Positions 25,108 through 37,848 of a stretch of DNA of 64,000 nt are shown in pieces. The stretch is from assembly GCF_006345805.1 (NCBI RefSeq), contig NC_043010.1, forward strand, positions 40,052,001 through 40,116,000. The letters run 5' to 3'. The notes under the pieces were generated by a model, which ran no database searches, was not told the origin of the DNA, and saw nothing but the letters and a program-made list of their open reading frames with translations. The position numbers were made by a program, and so were the translations under genes. This DNA comes from Octopus sinensis. Taxonomy: Eukaryota. The number at the start of each line of letters is the position of its first letter. Positions within the stretch are counted from its first letter, which is position 1.

Positions 25108-28100
25108 TGATTGATTGATTGATTCTAGTTTCAGCTTATGAGCTGTGGCCATGCTGGGGCACTGCCATTTGTGTTGCTACTTGGTTTCACTTCATGGAGG
25201 TTTTCTAGCAACTGCTATTTGGTGCATGAGAGAGTTCGATGCAGCTGCCCTCATCTGCCCCTCCTTGCCGTGAAGTTGGTTCATCTGGGACAACCTGACA
25301 GGAAGAGATCCAGCTTCATTTTAAAGACATCTGTATCCACCCCATGCAGGTCTCTCAGGTTCTTCGGGAGGATATGAAGAGCTGTGGGCCTCGGAGACCA
25401 GGCTATCACAGAATCTTGTCCTACATCTTGATGGCAGGTTTGGAGTCCTAGGCACCACGCAGTGGCGCCCAGTTCTGGCATTTGCGTAACTCTCGATGCC
25501 AAAGTTCAGGACACTTCCCTCCAGGATCTTCCAGATGTATATTATGGCATATCTTTCCCGCCTACGCTCCAGGGAATATAATTTTGATCTCTTGAGTCTT
25601 TCCCAGTAGCTTACATTCTGCATAGAGGCTATCTTCTTTGTGTAGCTTCGTTGGGTCGCCTCAAGTTCTGTGATCAACTTGACACTGGATGGTGACCATA
25701 GCTGAGAGCAATAGTCAAAGTGGCTTAGGACAAGTGTCTTCCAGAGGACCATCATAGTTTCTTGTTCTCTTGTTCTAAAGGTTCTAAGAATCCAGCCAGC
25801 CAGCCGTCTACATTTCAGTGTCAGTTTAGCAACATGTACATGAAAGGTCGCGTCATCACTCATGTGAATACCCAGGTCACGCACTGATTGTGCCTCTGGG
25901 ATTGCAATCCCTCCGGTCCAGTGTATTCATTGGTATTGCATTCAGTTTTGCATGCTGATAGTATAAAGCTTGAAACTTTCCAGCATTGAACTGCATGCTA
26001 TTCTTTTCAGCCCACTTGTATATTTCGTCCAGCTCACATTGCAGGTGTTTAGTGTCCTCAGGGTTCTGTATTGCCTGTGAAACTTTTGTATCATCTGCAT
26101 AACTTGTGATCGTGGCTCTCTGCGTGGCTGAGGGCATGTCTGAGAGGGCCATTATGAACAGTAGTGGTCCCAGAACAGTGCCCTGCGGAACACCGCTCAC
26201 TATTTGTGTGTTAATGGAGGTGGCCCCATTGCTACTACCACCTGACTTCTCTATCCTTCAGAAAGTCATGAAGCCATTCTCCCAGTTTTCCAACTATGTT
26301 GAGATCACCGTTTGTGACATATCATTCCATGATCGACTTTATCAAAGGCCTTTGCAAAGTCGAGATATATCACTTCCACATTTGAGTGGTTGAGCAGCCG
26401 TTTCAGCACCCAGTCATAGTGTTGTAGGAGCTGAGTTAAACAGCTTCCCCTGGTCGGAAACCATGTTGGGTGTCGGGCAGCAAGTCATTCTCTTCAAGGA
26501 AGGTGATCAGCTTCCTTCTGACTATTCGTTCCATGACCTTGCTGATGTGTGAGGTCAGAGAGATAGGTCTATAGTTCTTGGCTTCCGCTCTGCTACCTCT
26601 TTATGAATGGGGCATATTTTACCTTCCTTCAGTTTTCCTGGAAGTTTGCCAGCTGCAAGGAAGCTCTGAAAGAGGAACTGCAGTGGTCTTGCTAGGACTC
26701 TCTTACATGCTTTTAGGAGGATTCCGGGAATCCATCGGGGCCAGTAGCTGAGTCTGTTTTCATTTCATCTATAGCCTTGTTACATCTTCTTCCTTTATAT
26801 CGATGTAATCTATCGTCGCCGTCTCTGATTTTATATCTGCAGTGTTAAAAAAGTCAGTTGGATTGGTGATTTGGAGATGCCCAAGGGGTGGAGTGAAAAC
26901 ACTCTTGAATTGCTCATTCAGTATTTCACTTACCCTCATTGGTTTTCCTGTAAGTGTGCCATCCTTTTCGAGGAGTGGCCCTATTCTACAGTGCACTGTA
27001 GCTGTTTCTTTGGCATACCTGTAGAAAGCTCTGGGGTTAGATTTTATATGTTTTTCTATAGCCCAGGCTTCTTTTCTGCTCTTTCTTTTTCATGGGAGAG
27101 TTGCAGACATTTTTCGATTCCAACAGTTTTATTTTTAGGCGGGACTTTCACTGCTTTCAATCTGTTTGTTTAGGCGATTTGAAATTTCGTACGCCGTCTC
27201 ATTAAAATTTTCCTCTCTCTGGGGATTTTGTTCTTGTGTACAGTGGCCTTTCTCTCTGGGACACATTTGTAGCATATGGCTTGCATTACAGACATGAATT
27301 GTTGAAGTTTCACGTCGATGTCTGGCGAGGAGAGACATTTAGGCCAGTTTTGTTTGAGGATCTCTTCTCAATTTGTTTCCAGTTTGCCTTATGGTAGTTC
27401 AAGCTGGAAAGATTTTGAGGGTTTCTTGTAGGCTGCATGTCCGTGCTCTCTTTTGGCCCGTACATGGTCAGCTCTATCATGTTGTGATCCGAGAGTAGTG
27501 TCAGTGTCACTTTCACATTATGGATGAGATCCATGTCATTTGTGAAGCAGAGATCCAGTGTGTTTCCTGCCCTGGTTGGTTGGAGTATTACCTGCTCCAT
27601 GTACAGGGTGTTGATGAGGTTCAGGAGGGACCTCGCCTGTCCTCGTTCACATCTTGTCATTCCTGGGAGAGAAAGGCCCTCGGGCCATCTGACATTGGGC
27701 AGATTGAAGTCTCCCATAAGAAGCACACCTATGTGTTGTTCTAATGTGGTTAGAATTTCTTCTATTTTTATAAGGCAGTCTTCAAACTTGCCCACATGGC
27801 TTGGGGCTCTGGAGGGCGATATGTAGCACACACAACTACATCAAGTTGCCTGATATGTACAATTAGTGTGTCACACCCGAGTTTGAGTATGACAAGGACC
27901 TGGGGTGAGGTCCTCACGGATGTACATAGCAACACCTCCATGACTCCTTTCTTTCCTGTCGGTCCGTAGTACAGCACTGTGGTATGTGTAATAACTCGCA
28001 TCTGCTATGTCCGGTTTCAGGTGCGTTTCTGTAAGTGCTATGCATAAGGCTTGATTGCATGCAACAAAGTCTCTCAGGAACGGGATCTTTGTCCTGTTAC

Positions 28101-28212
28101 TGAGTGTTTGCAGTCCTCTGATGTTCAGTAGGAGTATCGAGGTGAGGTGTACGTTGTTGCCGGCGGTGTCCATCCTGTGTCTGTTTGCTGACAAATATAT
28201 GTTTGCTGATAT
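25103..28212 (-). mobile_element. CR1-group LINE, ~3.1 kb, frameshifted, copy 2 (tandem, near-identical to copy 1)
   Basis: SGVPQGTVLGPLLF..YADDTK, MGDFNLP, GNTLDL; same 5' and 3' ends as copy 1. Confidence 0.92.
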
Positions 28213-28319
28213 ATATATATATATATATATATTATAACATTATATTATATTAATATATATATATATACACACATATATATATATATATATATATAATATA
28301 TATATATAATATATTATAA

Positions 28320-28540
28320 ACATGTGAGCACATAAGTGCAAAACAAGGTGGAAGAAATAGTTCTCGAATACCAAAGGTAGAATAACAGACTTTTAATGAA
28401 ACCTGCAACATTATCACAAAACTGTTACTCAGAGTTTCTCGTTCCCGTTTGTTTGACAGATGTGATAAATACTGAATAAAATTTTAGCGCAGTATTTATC
28501 ACAACTGTCCAATGAATGGGAACGTGAAACTCTGAGTTTG
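28320..28540. repeat. Inverted pair of degenerate hammerhead-like segments
   Basis: actcagagtttctcgttcccg..gacagatgtgataaatactg pairs with cagtatttatcacaactgtcc..gggaacgtgaaactctgagt. Confidence 0.7.
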
Positions 28541-29224
28541 TAACTTTAACGAAAAATTATCTGTGTGTGTGTGTGTGTGTGTGTGTGCACTGTTGACGTT
28601 TCGGTGAGTTAATCTATCAATAAAAATATAGACACAATCTTGAATTTGTAATTTGACCTTGTTAAAATCTAACGATATATGTTCCTCATCACAGTTCCCT
28701 ATGACGAATCTTGTGAAAGAAATGCAATTTATATCGGTCCGTATAGAGAGAGACCTGCTGTCAAAATGTCATTTGTATCTCTACAGAATCTCAAAATATA
28801 TGTAAATTATAACCTCTCTATATATGTATCATTCTATCGATAAAATCTTTTTTCTCACTATATGTATGTATACATGTACATAAAAATGTATGTATATATA
28901 TATATATGTATATGTATATGTCTAAGTTCACTGAAACACAAGAGTACATGAATGAATTTGACAGCAGTGTTTTCGGATACTGTGAGATTTCGGCATATTT
29001 GAAGTTAATGACATTTACGTGTACCTGAAATATATGGTTGAGTTCATTCGACTTATTTCACCTGCAGCTTGAATAATGTCGTTTCGTAGTTACGGATGCG
29101 ATAATATTTAACATGTTTCGTTCATTTCGATTTTAGTAGAGATTAAACTACATTTTGTCCCCTTGTTTATTGGCGTTCATATCTACATACACCACATACA
29201 CACACATACATCGATATATGTGGA

Positions 29225-29636
29225 TTTGTGCTAAGTAGCTTGTTTATCAACCACATGGTACCGGGTTCAGTCCCACTGCGTGTCACCTTGGTCAAGTGTC
29301 TTCTACTATTGCCTCGGGCCGACCAAAGCCTTGTGAGTGTATATGGTAGACGGGAACTGAAAGTAGCCCATCGTATATATATATATATGTCTGTCTGTCT
29401 ATCTGTGTGTGTGTGTGTATGTGTGTGTGTATATTTGTGTGTCTGTGTCCCGCCACATCGCTTGACAACCGTTGCTGGTGTGTTTACGTCCCCGTAACTT
29501 TGCGGTTCAGCAAGAGACCGATAGAATAAGTACTAGGCTTACAAAGAATAAGTCCTGGGGTCGCTTTGCTCGACTAAAAGGCGGTTCTCCCACATGGTCG
29601 TAGTCAAATGACTGAAAGAAGTAAAAGAGTAAAAGA

Positions 29637-29638
<2 letters not shown>
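29225..29638 (+). mobile_element. SINE family A
   Basis: Body, internal microsatellite and family tail. Confidence 0.88.
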
Positions 29639-29680
<42 letters not shown>

Positions 29681-29703
29681 ATCATATATATATATTATAT
29701 ATT

Positions 29704-29734
<31 letters not shown>

Positions 29735-29816
29735 CATATATATATACATATATATGATATATATATATAATATATATATATAACACATATATATGTATAT
29801 ATATATATATATATAC

Positions 29817-29847
<31 letters not shown>

Positions 29848-30514
29848 TATTATATATATATGTAAGCACATGACAGAAGAGACAACAATAAGACACAAAG
29901 AAAAATTAAAGCGGGCTTGTGATTTAAGTATTCGTGGTTGCGTTGTGAAAGTGTGAATTTGTACGTCCGTACGTGTGACTGTATATGAATGTAAGTTTGA
30001 GGGACTTTGTTCTCTAACACAGTTCACATAAATTACAATGTTTATGAAACCACCTTAACGTCTTTCATCTCATTTGACACAGGCCCTCTGCTCCCTACAC
30101 CTTTTACTTCCCATTTAAATCTACTGCCAAACTCCATAAATCAAGTCGAAAGTTATTTTGAAATTTATACTGCGTTTATCAACATGAAACTGGTAAAACA
30201 AAAAAAAGAATATCTTGTTAAACTCATTTTCACCCCTTAAATATATCTTCATTTACTACACTTACATGTCAAGTAAATGCGAAACATTTATTCACCTATC
30301 TTCACTGAGCATATAAATGTCACTTCTTAGAAATTTGTCCAAATTTTAGTGAATACCTCCTTACCATCTCCACGTTTTCGTTTTCTTTCTTTACTTTGTT
30401 CTTGCCTTTCCATTTTGGTGTTTCGTTAAGGCAATTCCTTATTATTATTATTCAACTTTTCCCACTGCTACTACTTCTATAAATATTTCTATTACTATTC
30501 TCTTCTACTCCTGC

Positions 30515-30690
30515 ACAAGGTCCAATATTTGGGGGTGGCGTGGCCAGTTGATTAAATCGACCCCCGTACGTAACTGGTACTTAATTTATCGACTCTGAAA
30601 GGAAGAAAGGCAATGTCAACCTCGTTGGTATTTGATATCAGAATGTAACGGCAAACGAAGTACCTATTTCTTTACTACCCACAAGGCGCC
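30515..30690 (-). mobile_element. SINE family B, right monomer of dimer
   Basis: Reverse complement contains the gtgggtagtaaagaaataggta junction and the second monomer. Confidence 0.75.
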
Positions 30691-30710
30691 CTATATGTCT
30701 ATTATTATTA

Positions 30711-31640
30711 GGACGGTGAGCTGGCAGAATCTTTAGCACGCCGGGCGAAAGGCTTAGCGGTATTTCGTCTGCCGCTACGTTCTGAGTTGTAATTCCGCTG
30801 AGGTCGACTTTGCCTTTCATGCTTTCGGGGTCGATTAAATAAGTAACAGTTACGCACTGAGGTCGATATAATCGACTTAATCCGTTTGTTTGTCCTTGTT
30901 TGTCCTCTCTGTATTTAGCCCCCTGTGGGTAGTAAAGAAATAGGTATTTCGTCTGTCATTACGTTGAGTTCAAATTCTGCCGAGTTCGACTCTACCTTTC
31001 ATCTTTCGGGGGTCGATTAAATAAGTACAAATTACGCACTGGGTTCGATGTAATCGACTTAACCCTTTGAGCCCTGACCGCCTGAACCTTATTTGACCAT
31101 ATACCAAGCACTACACCGGTACTCTACTGGTAGAGCAGTTCTACGGTATAGAGAAAAATAAGCCATCCATGGGCAAACAGGTGTTATGGGCTCAAAGGAT
31201 TAGTCCCTTCCCCAAAATTTGAGGCCTTGTACTTCCAGTAGAAAGGATTATTATTTTTCGAGTTGCTCCACTGCCATTTCTTCTATAAATATTTCTATTA
31301 TTATTAAAAGGGCGAGCTGACAGAATCGTTAGAACGCCGGGCGAACGATGACCGGTATTTCATTCGTCTTCAAGTTCTGATTTCAAATTCCGCCAATGTC
31401 GATTTTGCCTTTTATCCTTTCGGGGTCGATAAAATAAGTACCAATCGAACACTGGGGTCAGTGTGAACGAATCCCACCCCACGAAATTGCTGGCCTTGTG
31501 CCAAAATTTGAAATCAATATTTCTATTATTTATTTATTTATTTTTCTTTGGCGGGGAACTGGCAGAATCATTATCACGCCGGAGAAAGTGCTTCGCAGCA
31601 TTTCGTCCGACTTTATGAGTTCAAATTCCGTCGAAGCGTT
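30711..31640 (+). mobile_element. SINE family B dimer (30711-31252, interrupted by a MITE) plus further monomers (31308-31640)
   Basis: Same dimer junction as 4046-4447 and 5416-5765. Confidence 0.8.
31063..31199. mobile_element. piggyBac-like MITE (137 bp) nested in a SINE
   Basis: TIRs ccctttgagccc / gggctcaaagga flanked by TTAA and TTAG; removing it restores the SINE B body. Confidence 0.7.
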
Positions 31641-32371
31641 TAACACGCGGTCCTTAACTTTCTCGTTCTCAGAATCCACTTATCGTTACCAATCGTTGAA
31701 TATATACATAAGCAAGCTTCAAAAAATCTTCACCACCAGAACGAGATGCCGATAGTAAATTCAGCAGTAAATTAATATACAGCAGATGATAAAATTAACG
31801 AACATTAACAAACCTATCAACCACCATTCGGTCATTCTCACTTCTCTTCAGCTCACTGATATCAATCTGCACAGATTGTAAATCAAAGCAGGAAGACCCA
31901 TTAAGCTGGACGAAATAGAAAGAGAGAGAGAGAGAGGGAGCAATACATACATTCATGCAAGTAAGCATCAATAAATACATGCATATATACATGTGTACAT
32001 ATATATATATATATACATTTCCTATGGAAATCATGTGGTGAAATAAATTTTTAACTACACCACATATAATTCTTTTTTTATTTGGTTTGCTAGATTCTTT
32101 ATGTGGTTTCGTGTGTCGAAGCATATTTTATTGTGTCTGGGGAGAGTCATTTTGTTTTAATGCCCTATTAATAAACACATTCACCGGTTTGGTTTCCACT
32201 CATTTACTTATTTATTTTTTCTAAAATTTTCGTTGCATCTTGGAACCTCTTCAATAGTCGTTGACTTTGTCCATTATCGGAGCTGAGTTCTTTTTTATTT
32301 GTTTGTTTGTTTATTTGTTTGTCTGTGCGCATGCATGTGCGTCAGTGTGCATGTGTATAAACATATGTATG

Positions 32372-32659
32372 TATGTATCTATGTGTCATTATTCAGTTTA
32401 TTTCAAGATTTCTTGCAATAAAGAAAGAACCGGTTTCTAACCTAGATCCAAGGTTCCTTCATTGGAATTTCAACAACAACAGCAGGGTATTTTTGCTTGT
32501 ATGTATGCATGCATACATGTGTATATGTATGTATGTATGTATATCCATAGCTGCATGCCTGTGTATTAAAATATCAGCATTAACAACAGTATATTTTTGT
32601 ATGTATGTATGTGTAGATTTGTATGTTTTCTCATGCATATAGTTACATATCTAGGCATG

Positions 32660-32752
<93 letters not shown>

Positions 32753-33272
32753 TATAATGATAACTTCTGTAGGGTTTACATATTTTCATATCCAGTGATC
32801 GATTGGATCTGTAGTCTTCGAATTAGCTTTCTCCTTTCTGATTTGAGAATCCTAATTCCTCAAGATTCGTATTTAGACAGTGTGTTACATATCCCAGAGC
32901 CCCAAAACTACCAGATATAAACCTGAACGTGTAACCTAGATAGAGTAACTCTTGATTTCTCGATAGTTCAGCATAAGTGTTCTCTTTTTCACTGATCGTC
33001 AGCTTTATATTAACATCCGCTGATCAGCTAATTTCCACAACTGTGCCCAATCTCTGTTCTCTACCCCAATCATTACATCAGGTCTGTTGTGCTTACATTT
33101 TATTGAGGTCTTCACTGGCACATTCCACCACCATTCCTTTTTATTATGAGTAGCTATGGCTTCTACCATATTAAGGGTTATTATTTCTTTGTCTTCGGGA
33201 TTATCCTCCCGACAGATTTCATTATAGAGTGTCCTACCTACTACGTCATGTCGCATCGGCAGATAATTCTTT
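32372..33272 (-). mobile_element. R4/Dong-type REL non-LTR retrotransposon, 5'-truncated
   Basis: [33 protein letters not shown] (RHD and PD nuclease motifs); 3' UTR matches 380-610; (CATA)n on both sides. Confidence 0.8.
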
Positions 33273-33276
33273 GTAC

Positions 33277-33307
<31 letters not shown>

Positions 33308-34555
33308 TGTATGTATGTATGTATGTATGTATGTATGTATAAGAAAACATATAAGTTTGAGAGCTTATTTAGCAAAAAAAAATATGTATGATTAAACCAA
33401 TGACAACAACAAACAATACGCAAAATAACAACAGAATAGACTAGTAAAAACTGCATAACAGAAAGAATTTTTAGTATAACTGTGTAAATTTGCAGAATCT
33501 GGAAGCAGACAAATATCCAACAAACAACAATAAACAGATGAAAATTTTCAGAAAAACAAGATGTAATTACAGGAGACAAGAAGACCACCGAAGTAGTCAT
33601 GGAATGCTATAAAATGACAATGATTAAAAAGCCATAAATAAACAAACATCAACCAGGATGTAATATTATAATACAGAAAAGAAGACAGAGCTCCAATGAA
33701 TTTGCAAATGAATAGCAACAACAGCTCTCAGACGAGGCCTCCATAAAACCACTTTATCAAGCGACAAATGACAACAGTAGATGCACAAAAGAGAATGGAG
33801 TTGCTTTCGTGCATATCAACTATTTTGAAAGACAGAGCAAAATCATTTGCTGCGACTCAATACTGGCCTAAATATCAAGCAAATATCGTATACTGTTTAT
33901 TGGCATTAGATTATTTTCACACTGAAAATAATCAAACGCCAATAAATAATATACGATAAAACAAGAATTGAATTCTTTTTTGTCTTCTGTGAAGAATATT
34001 TAACATTTGAATGTACAAGCAGCTGTTTTAAAGTGGCGTAGAGAGCAAATTGTAAAGAGATTGTGTCCAGACGTTCAACAGAATATAGCTGTGCCATCAA
34101 GAAATCGGTATTTGAAAATTTTTGGCCCAAAGGTTGAAGATTATTGAAAACGTGTGATAGAATGCATGTCCCTATGAAACATGAACAATGATATATACTC
34201 TCGGTGAACGCTTGACGTCAGAATCTGGAGTTTCCCATCGAGAAATGAATGATTTAACGGATTATGGAGCACAACTTAGAGATATAAGATAAAGAAGGTA
34301 ATATTTGGAAACTAGATCAACGGAGTCAAAAGCAAGCTACTATCTGTCAAATAATTATAATGAAGGTAACAGAAAAAGAACCTTGTCCATATCGAAAACT
34401 ACGTCAGCCAACGAAAGCTTCATAATCAGAAAAATGAAAGAAAATATGGGTGAAAATGTCCAAAATAGACAATGCAATCAATGAAAAAGGAGTTGATCTA
34501 GTAATATATTTGCCATCGAAGTTGGCCACCATTGGAATATTCTAGAACAAACAGT

Positions 34556-35403
34556 CTTCTTCTTCTTCTTCTTCTTCTTCTTCTTCTTCTTCTTCTTCTT
34601 CTTCTTCTCCTTCTTCTTCTTCTTTTCCTTCTTCTTCTTCTTCTTCTTCTTCTTCCTTCTTCTTCTTCTTCTTCTTCTTCTTCTTTTTTCTTCTTCTTCT
34701 TCATCCTGTTAGCCCCTTGTGGAGCATAGGGCCTCAACAGCTGTTTTCCACTTTTCGCGGTCATTGGAGTGTTTCTTGGCTGCTTCCCATGTCAGACCTG
34801 GTGGTCCTGAGCTCGTTCAAAATGCTCCGCTTCCATGTCTGCTTCGGGTGTCCTCGCTTCCATTTCCCCTGCGGGTTCACGTCAAGTGCTTGTCGTGTAA
34901 CATTTGAGGGTTCTTTCCGAAGTGTGTGTCCGATCCATCTCCATTTCCTTCGTCTAATCTGAACATATGGGTTCCTGGTTGGCCCTTTCCCACAAGTCGG
35001 TGTTTGGCACTTTGTTGAACCACTTCAGATGGAGGATCTGCCGGAGACATTTGTTGATGAAGGTCTGGATCATCTTGTAGTTGCTGCAAGAGACTCTCCA
35101 TGTATCACAGCCATACAAAAGCACATATTTTACGTTTGAACTAAACGGAGTTTATTTCGAGTTGAGATGGCAGTGGTCTTCCATACCGACCGAAGAATAG
35201 CGAAGGCTTGCCAAGCCTTCTTGCTTCTTGCCGTGATTTCCTTGTCTGATCCACCTGATTTGTGATCTTGCTACCAAGATAGACAAACTCACCAACGTCC
35301 TCCACAGGTGCACCCTCGATTGTGATTGGCTCTTCCTGTTTGTTGATGATATGCAGCACATTTGTCTTTTCCTGGCTGATCCTCAAGCCCACTCTTTAGC
35401 AGA
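34556..35403 (-). mobile_element. RTE-clade LINE 3' fragment with ~145 bp (GAA)n tail
   Basis: GLRISQEKTNVL..VEDVGEFVYLGSKI; 3' end ccctatgctccacaaggggctaacaggatgaagaag; (CTT)n on the plus strand at 34556-34700. Confidence 0.85.
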
Positions 35404-35461
35404 TGGAAATTCAGTTTAATAAATTCAGTGAAACGAAAATATGTATACATATATATATGTG

Positions 35462-35524
<63 letters not shown>

Positions 35525-35582
35525 GTGTCTTTGTGTGTGTGTGTGTATACATACATATATATATATATATGTATACATATTG

Positions 35583-35962
35583 TAGGCGCAGGGGTGGCTG
35601 TGTGGTAAGTGGTAAGCACCACAGGGCTTCGGGTTCTGTCCCACTGCGTGGCACCGTGGGCAATTGTCTTCTACTATAGCCTCGGGCCGATCAAAGCTCT
35701 GTGAGTGGATTTGGGGAAATTGTAAGAAGCCCATTATATATATGTGTATGTGTGAGTGTGTTTGTGTTTGCCCCCCCCCCCTCCACCATTGCTTGGCAAC
35801 TGATGTTGGTGTGTTTACGTCCTCGTAACACTAGCGGTTCGGAAAAAGTGACCGACAGAAAAAGTACAAGACTTACAAAGAATAAGTCCTAGGGTCAGTT
35901 TGTTCGACTGAAGGCGGTGCTCCAGCATGGCCGCAGTCAAATGACTGAAACAAATAAAAGAA
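35583..35962 (+). mobile_element. SINE family A
   Basis: Head, internal microsatellite and tail. Confidence 0.88.
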
Positions 35963-36798
35963 TACAAAACAAAATTAAAAAGCAAAAGAATGTATATATA
36001 TAATGACATACACATCTACAGGTACATACGTTACGTTCAAAAGAAACATCAAAACTTAAAATAAAACAGACTTCTAGCTTAGAATACAATGAAGTGCAGA
36101 CTTATTCATATTCCCCATTATTTTCGTAAAGTATGCATTACTTCGAAGACAGAGTTGAAATCTTACCTACTAAATCTATCATCTCGAGTTTATTTATTTA
36201 TTACTTTTTATTAATATATTATTAATTCCGTTGTTTGCTTTGAGCTTGCTTAATATGATACATATGTTAATATGATACATATAACAAGCTCACCGAGACG
36301 TCGGATATTTCATAGTGTCACATTGAAAAATGATCGTTGTATTAGTACAACTTGAATGTAGAGATGAATGAAGACAGGATGTACATATGCGTATATAATA
36401 TTAAATATGTGCGTAGGTTGGTCTGTAATTTTACACATTTTATACACACATACAAAACGTATTTTTATCATAATGGCTTTCTGTCTGTATGCCTCGTAAG
36501 CAATGTCTTGAGCGCATCTATGCTTGCTGACACAAATATACATGCATATACGTATAATATACATACACAGACACACACGCAAGTACGTATGTATGTATAT
36601 ATATTTGTGTGTGTATGTATTGATATACATTCATATATATATATATATATATATATATTGGAAGGTTTGGAGATGATGTACAGGTATTATATATTAGAAA
36701 AAATGAGGTAATCAGATCGGATGGTTCATATTTATAGATATTTATTTATATATTACATTTTTTACATATATATCATATCATTCAGATCATATCATTCG

Positions 36799-36837
36799 GA
36801 TTAGCGCTTTCTCCCAATCGAGTGGTCTTTTCAAATC
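36799..36837 (-). ncRNA. Degenerate minimal hammerhead, U3-A8 variant
   Basis: gat-TTGAAAA-gaccactcgattggga-GAAA-gcgc-TA^atc; palindromic stem III, partly mismatched stem II. Confidence 0.45.
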
Positions 36838-36854
36838 AAATCAATTCCTTGTGG

Positions 36855-36930
<76 letters not shown>

Positions 36931-37371
36931 TATACATATATATACATTGTTTAAGTGTCTTCTCCCCAACAATATTAGTAGCTTTTATTAAGCTCATTGA
37001 GAAGTTCACACTTGGACACCCAATATCAACTTGAACGTTTCACGCAGAAGGCTGTACACTTATAGCACTAACCCAATTATTTATTCATCTATCATCTTCC
37101 TTCCATTCTGTCTCTTTCTCTCTCTCTCTCTCTCTCCCTGTCTCTCTCTATCACTGATGACATATACATACATATATATTAGTCTTCTGCACATACACAT
37201 ATATATTTGTATGTTATATATATGTGTGTTGTATGTATATATATATATATATATTATATAACAAGACAAGAAACGATTGTAGTGGCGGTTTTTTTGACTA
37301 TTTATTAAATTTTATGTATTGATTAAGTCTTTTTCCTGTTTGTTTTGCAAAATAGTGGTTTTGTCTCAATA

Positions 37372-37437
<66 letters not shown>

Positions 37438-37704
37438 TCCTCTTTCTGTCTACTTATTCTTCTATGTACTTTTTATCTCATTATCCATCCATCAAAGATG
37501 TAACAAGGGTTATGATTTTATAGATATTTTAAAGAATAACATTGAACCAATTACGGATATGGTGAGATAAAAATAGTCCAATAAGCTTTCGAGCGTTAAA
37601 CTGCCTGGTTGCTAGACATTCCCTATATATTAAGACGTCATCTATAGACCTTTCTACTATCCAATCTACCAATGTACGATCTTAGATCTTTCTGTGATAT
37701 ATAT

Positions 37705-37803
37705 ATACTCTATTTTACTTGTTTCAGTCATGTCATTTGACTGCGGCCATGCTGGAGCACCGCCTTTTGCTGGAGCACCGCCTTTTGCTGGAGCACCGCC
37801 TTT

Positions 37804-37804
<1 letters not shown>
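37705..37804 (-). mobile_element. SINE A 3' tail fragment with 18-bp triplication
   Basis: (gctggagcaccgcctttt)x3 at 37751-37804. Confidence 0.8.
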
Positions 37805-37834
<30 letters not shown>

Positions 37835-37848
37835 ATATATATATATTA

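Noticed and set aside
33340-34500. A-rich stretches possibly from ancient LINEs (also 3270-3800 and 42400-42850)
   Set aside because: Only faint motif hints; not assignable without a profile search.
34498-34764. Poly-E/R (protamine-like) ORF
   Set aside because: It is the (GAA)n tail of an RTE element.
37751-37804. Short direct repeats resembling a CRISPR array
   Set aside because: No spacers, eukaryotic context, SINE-derived.
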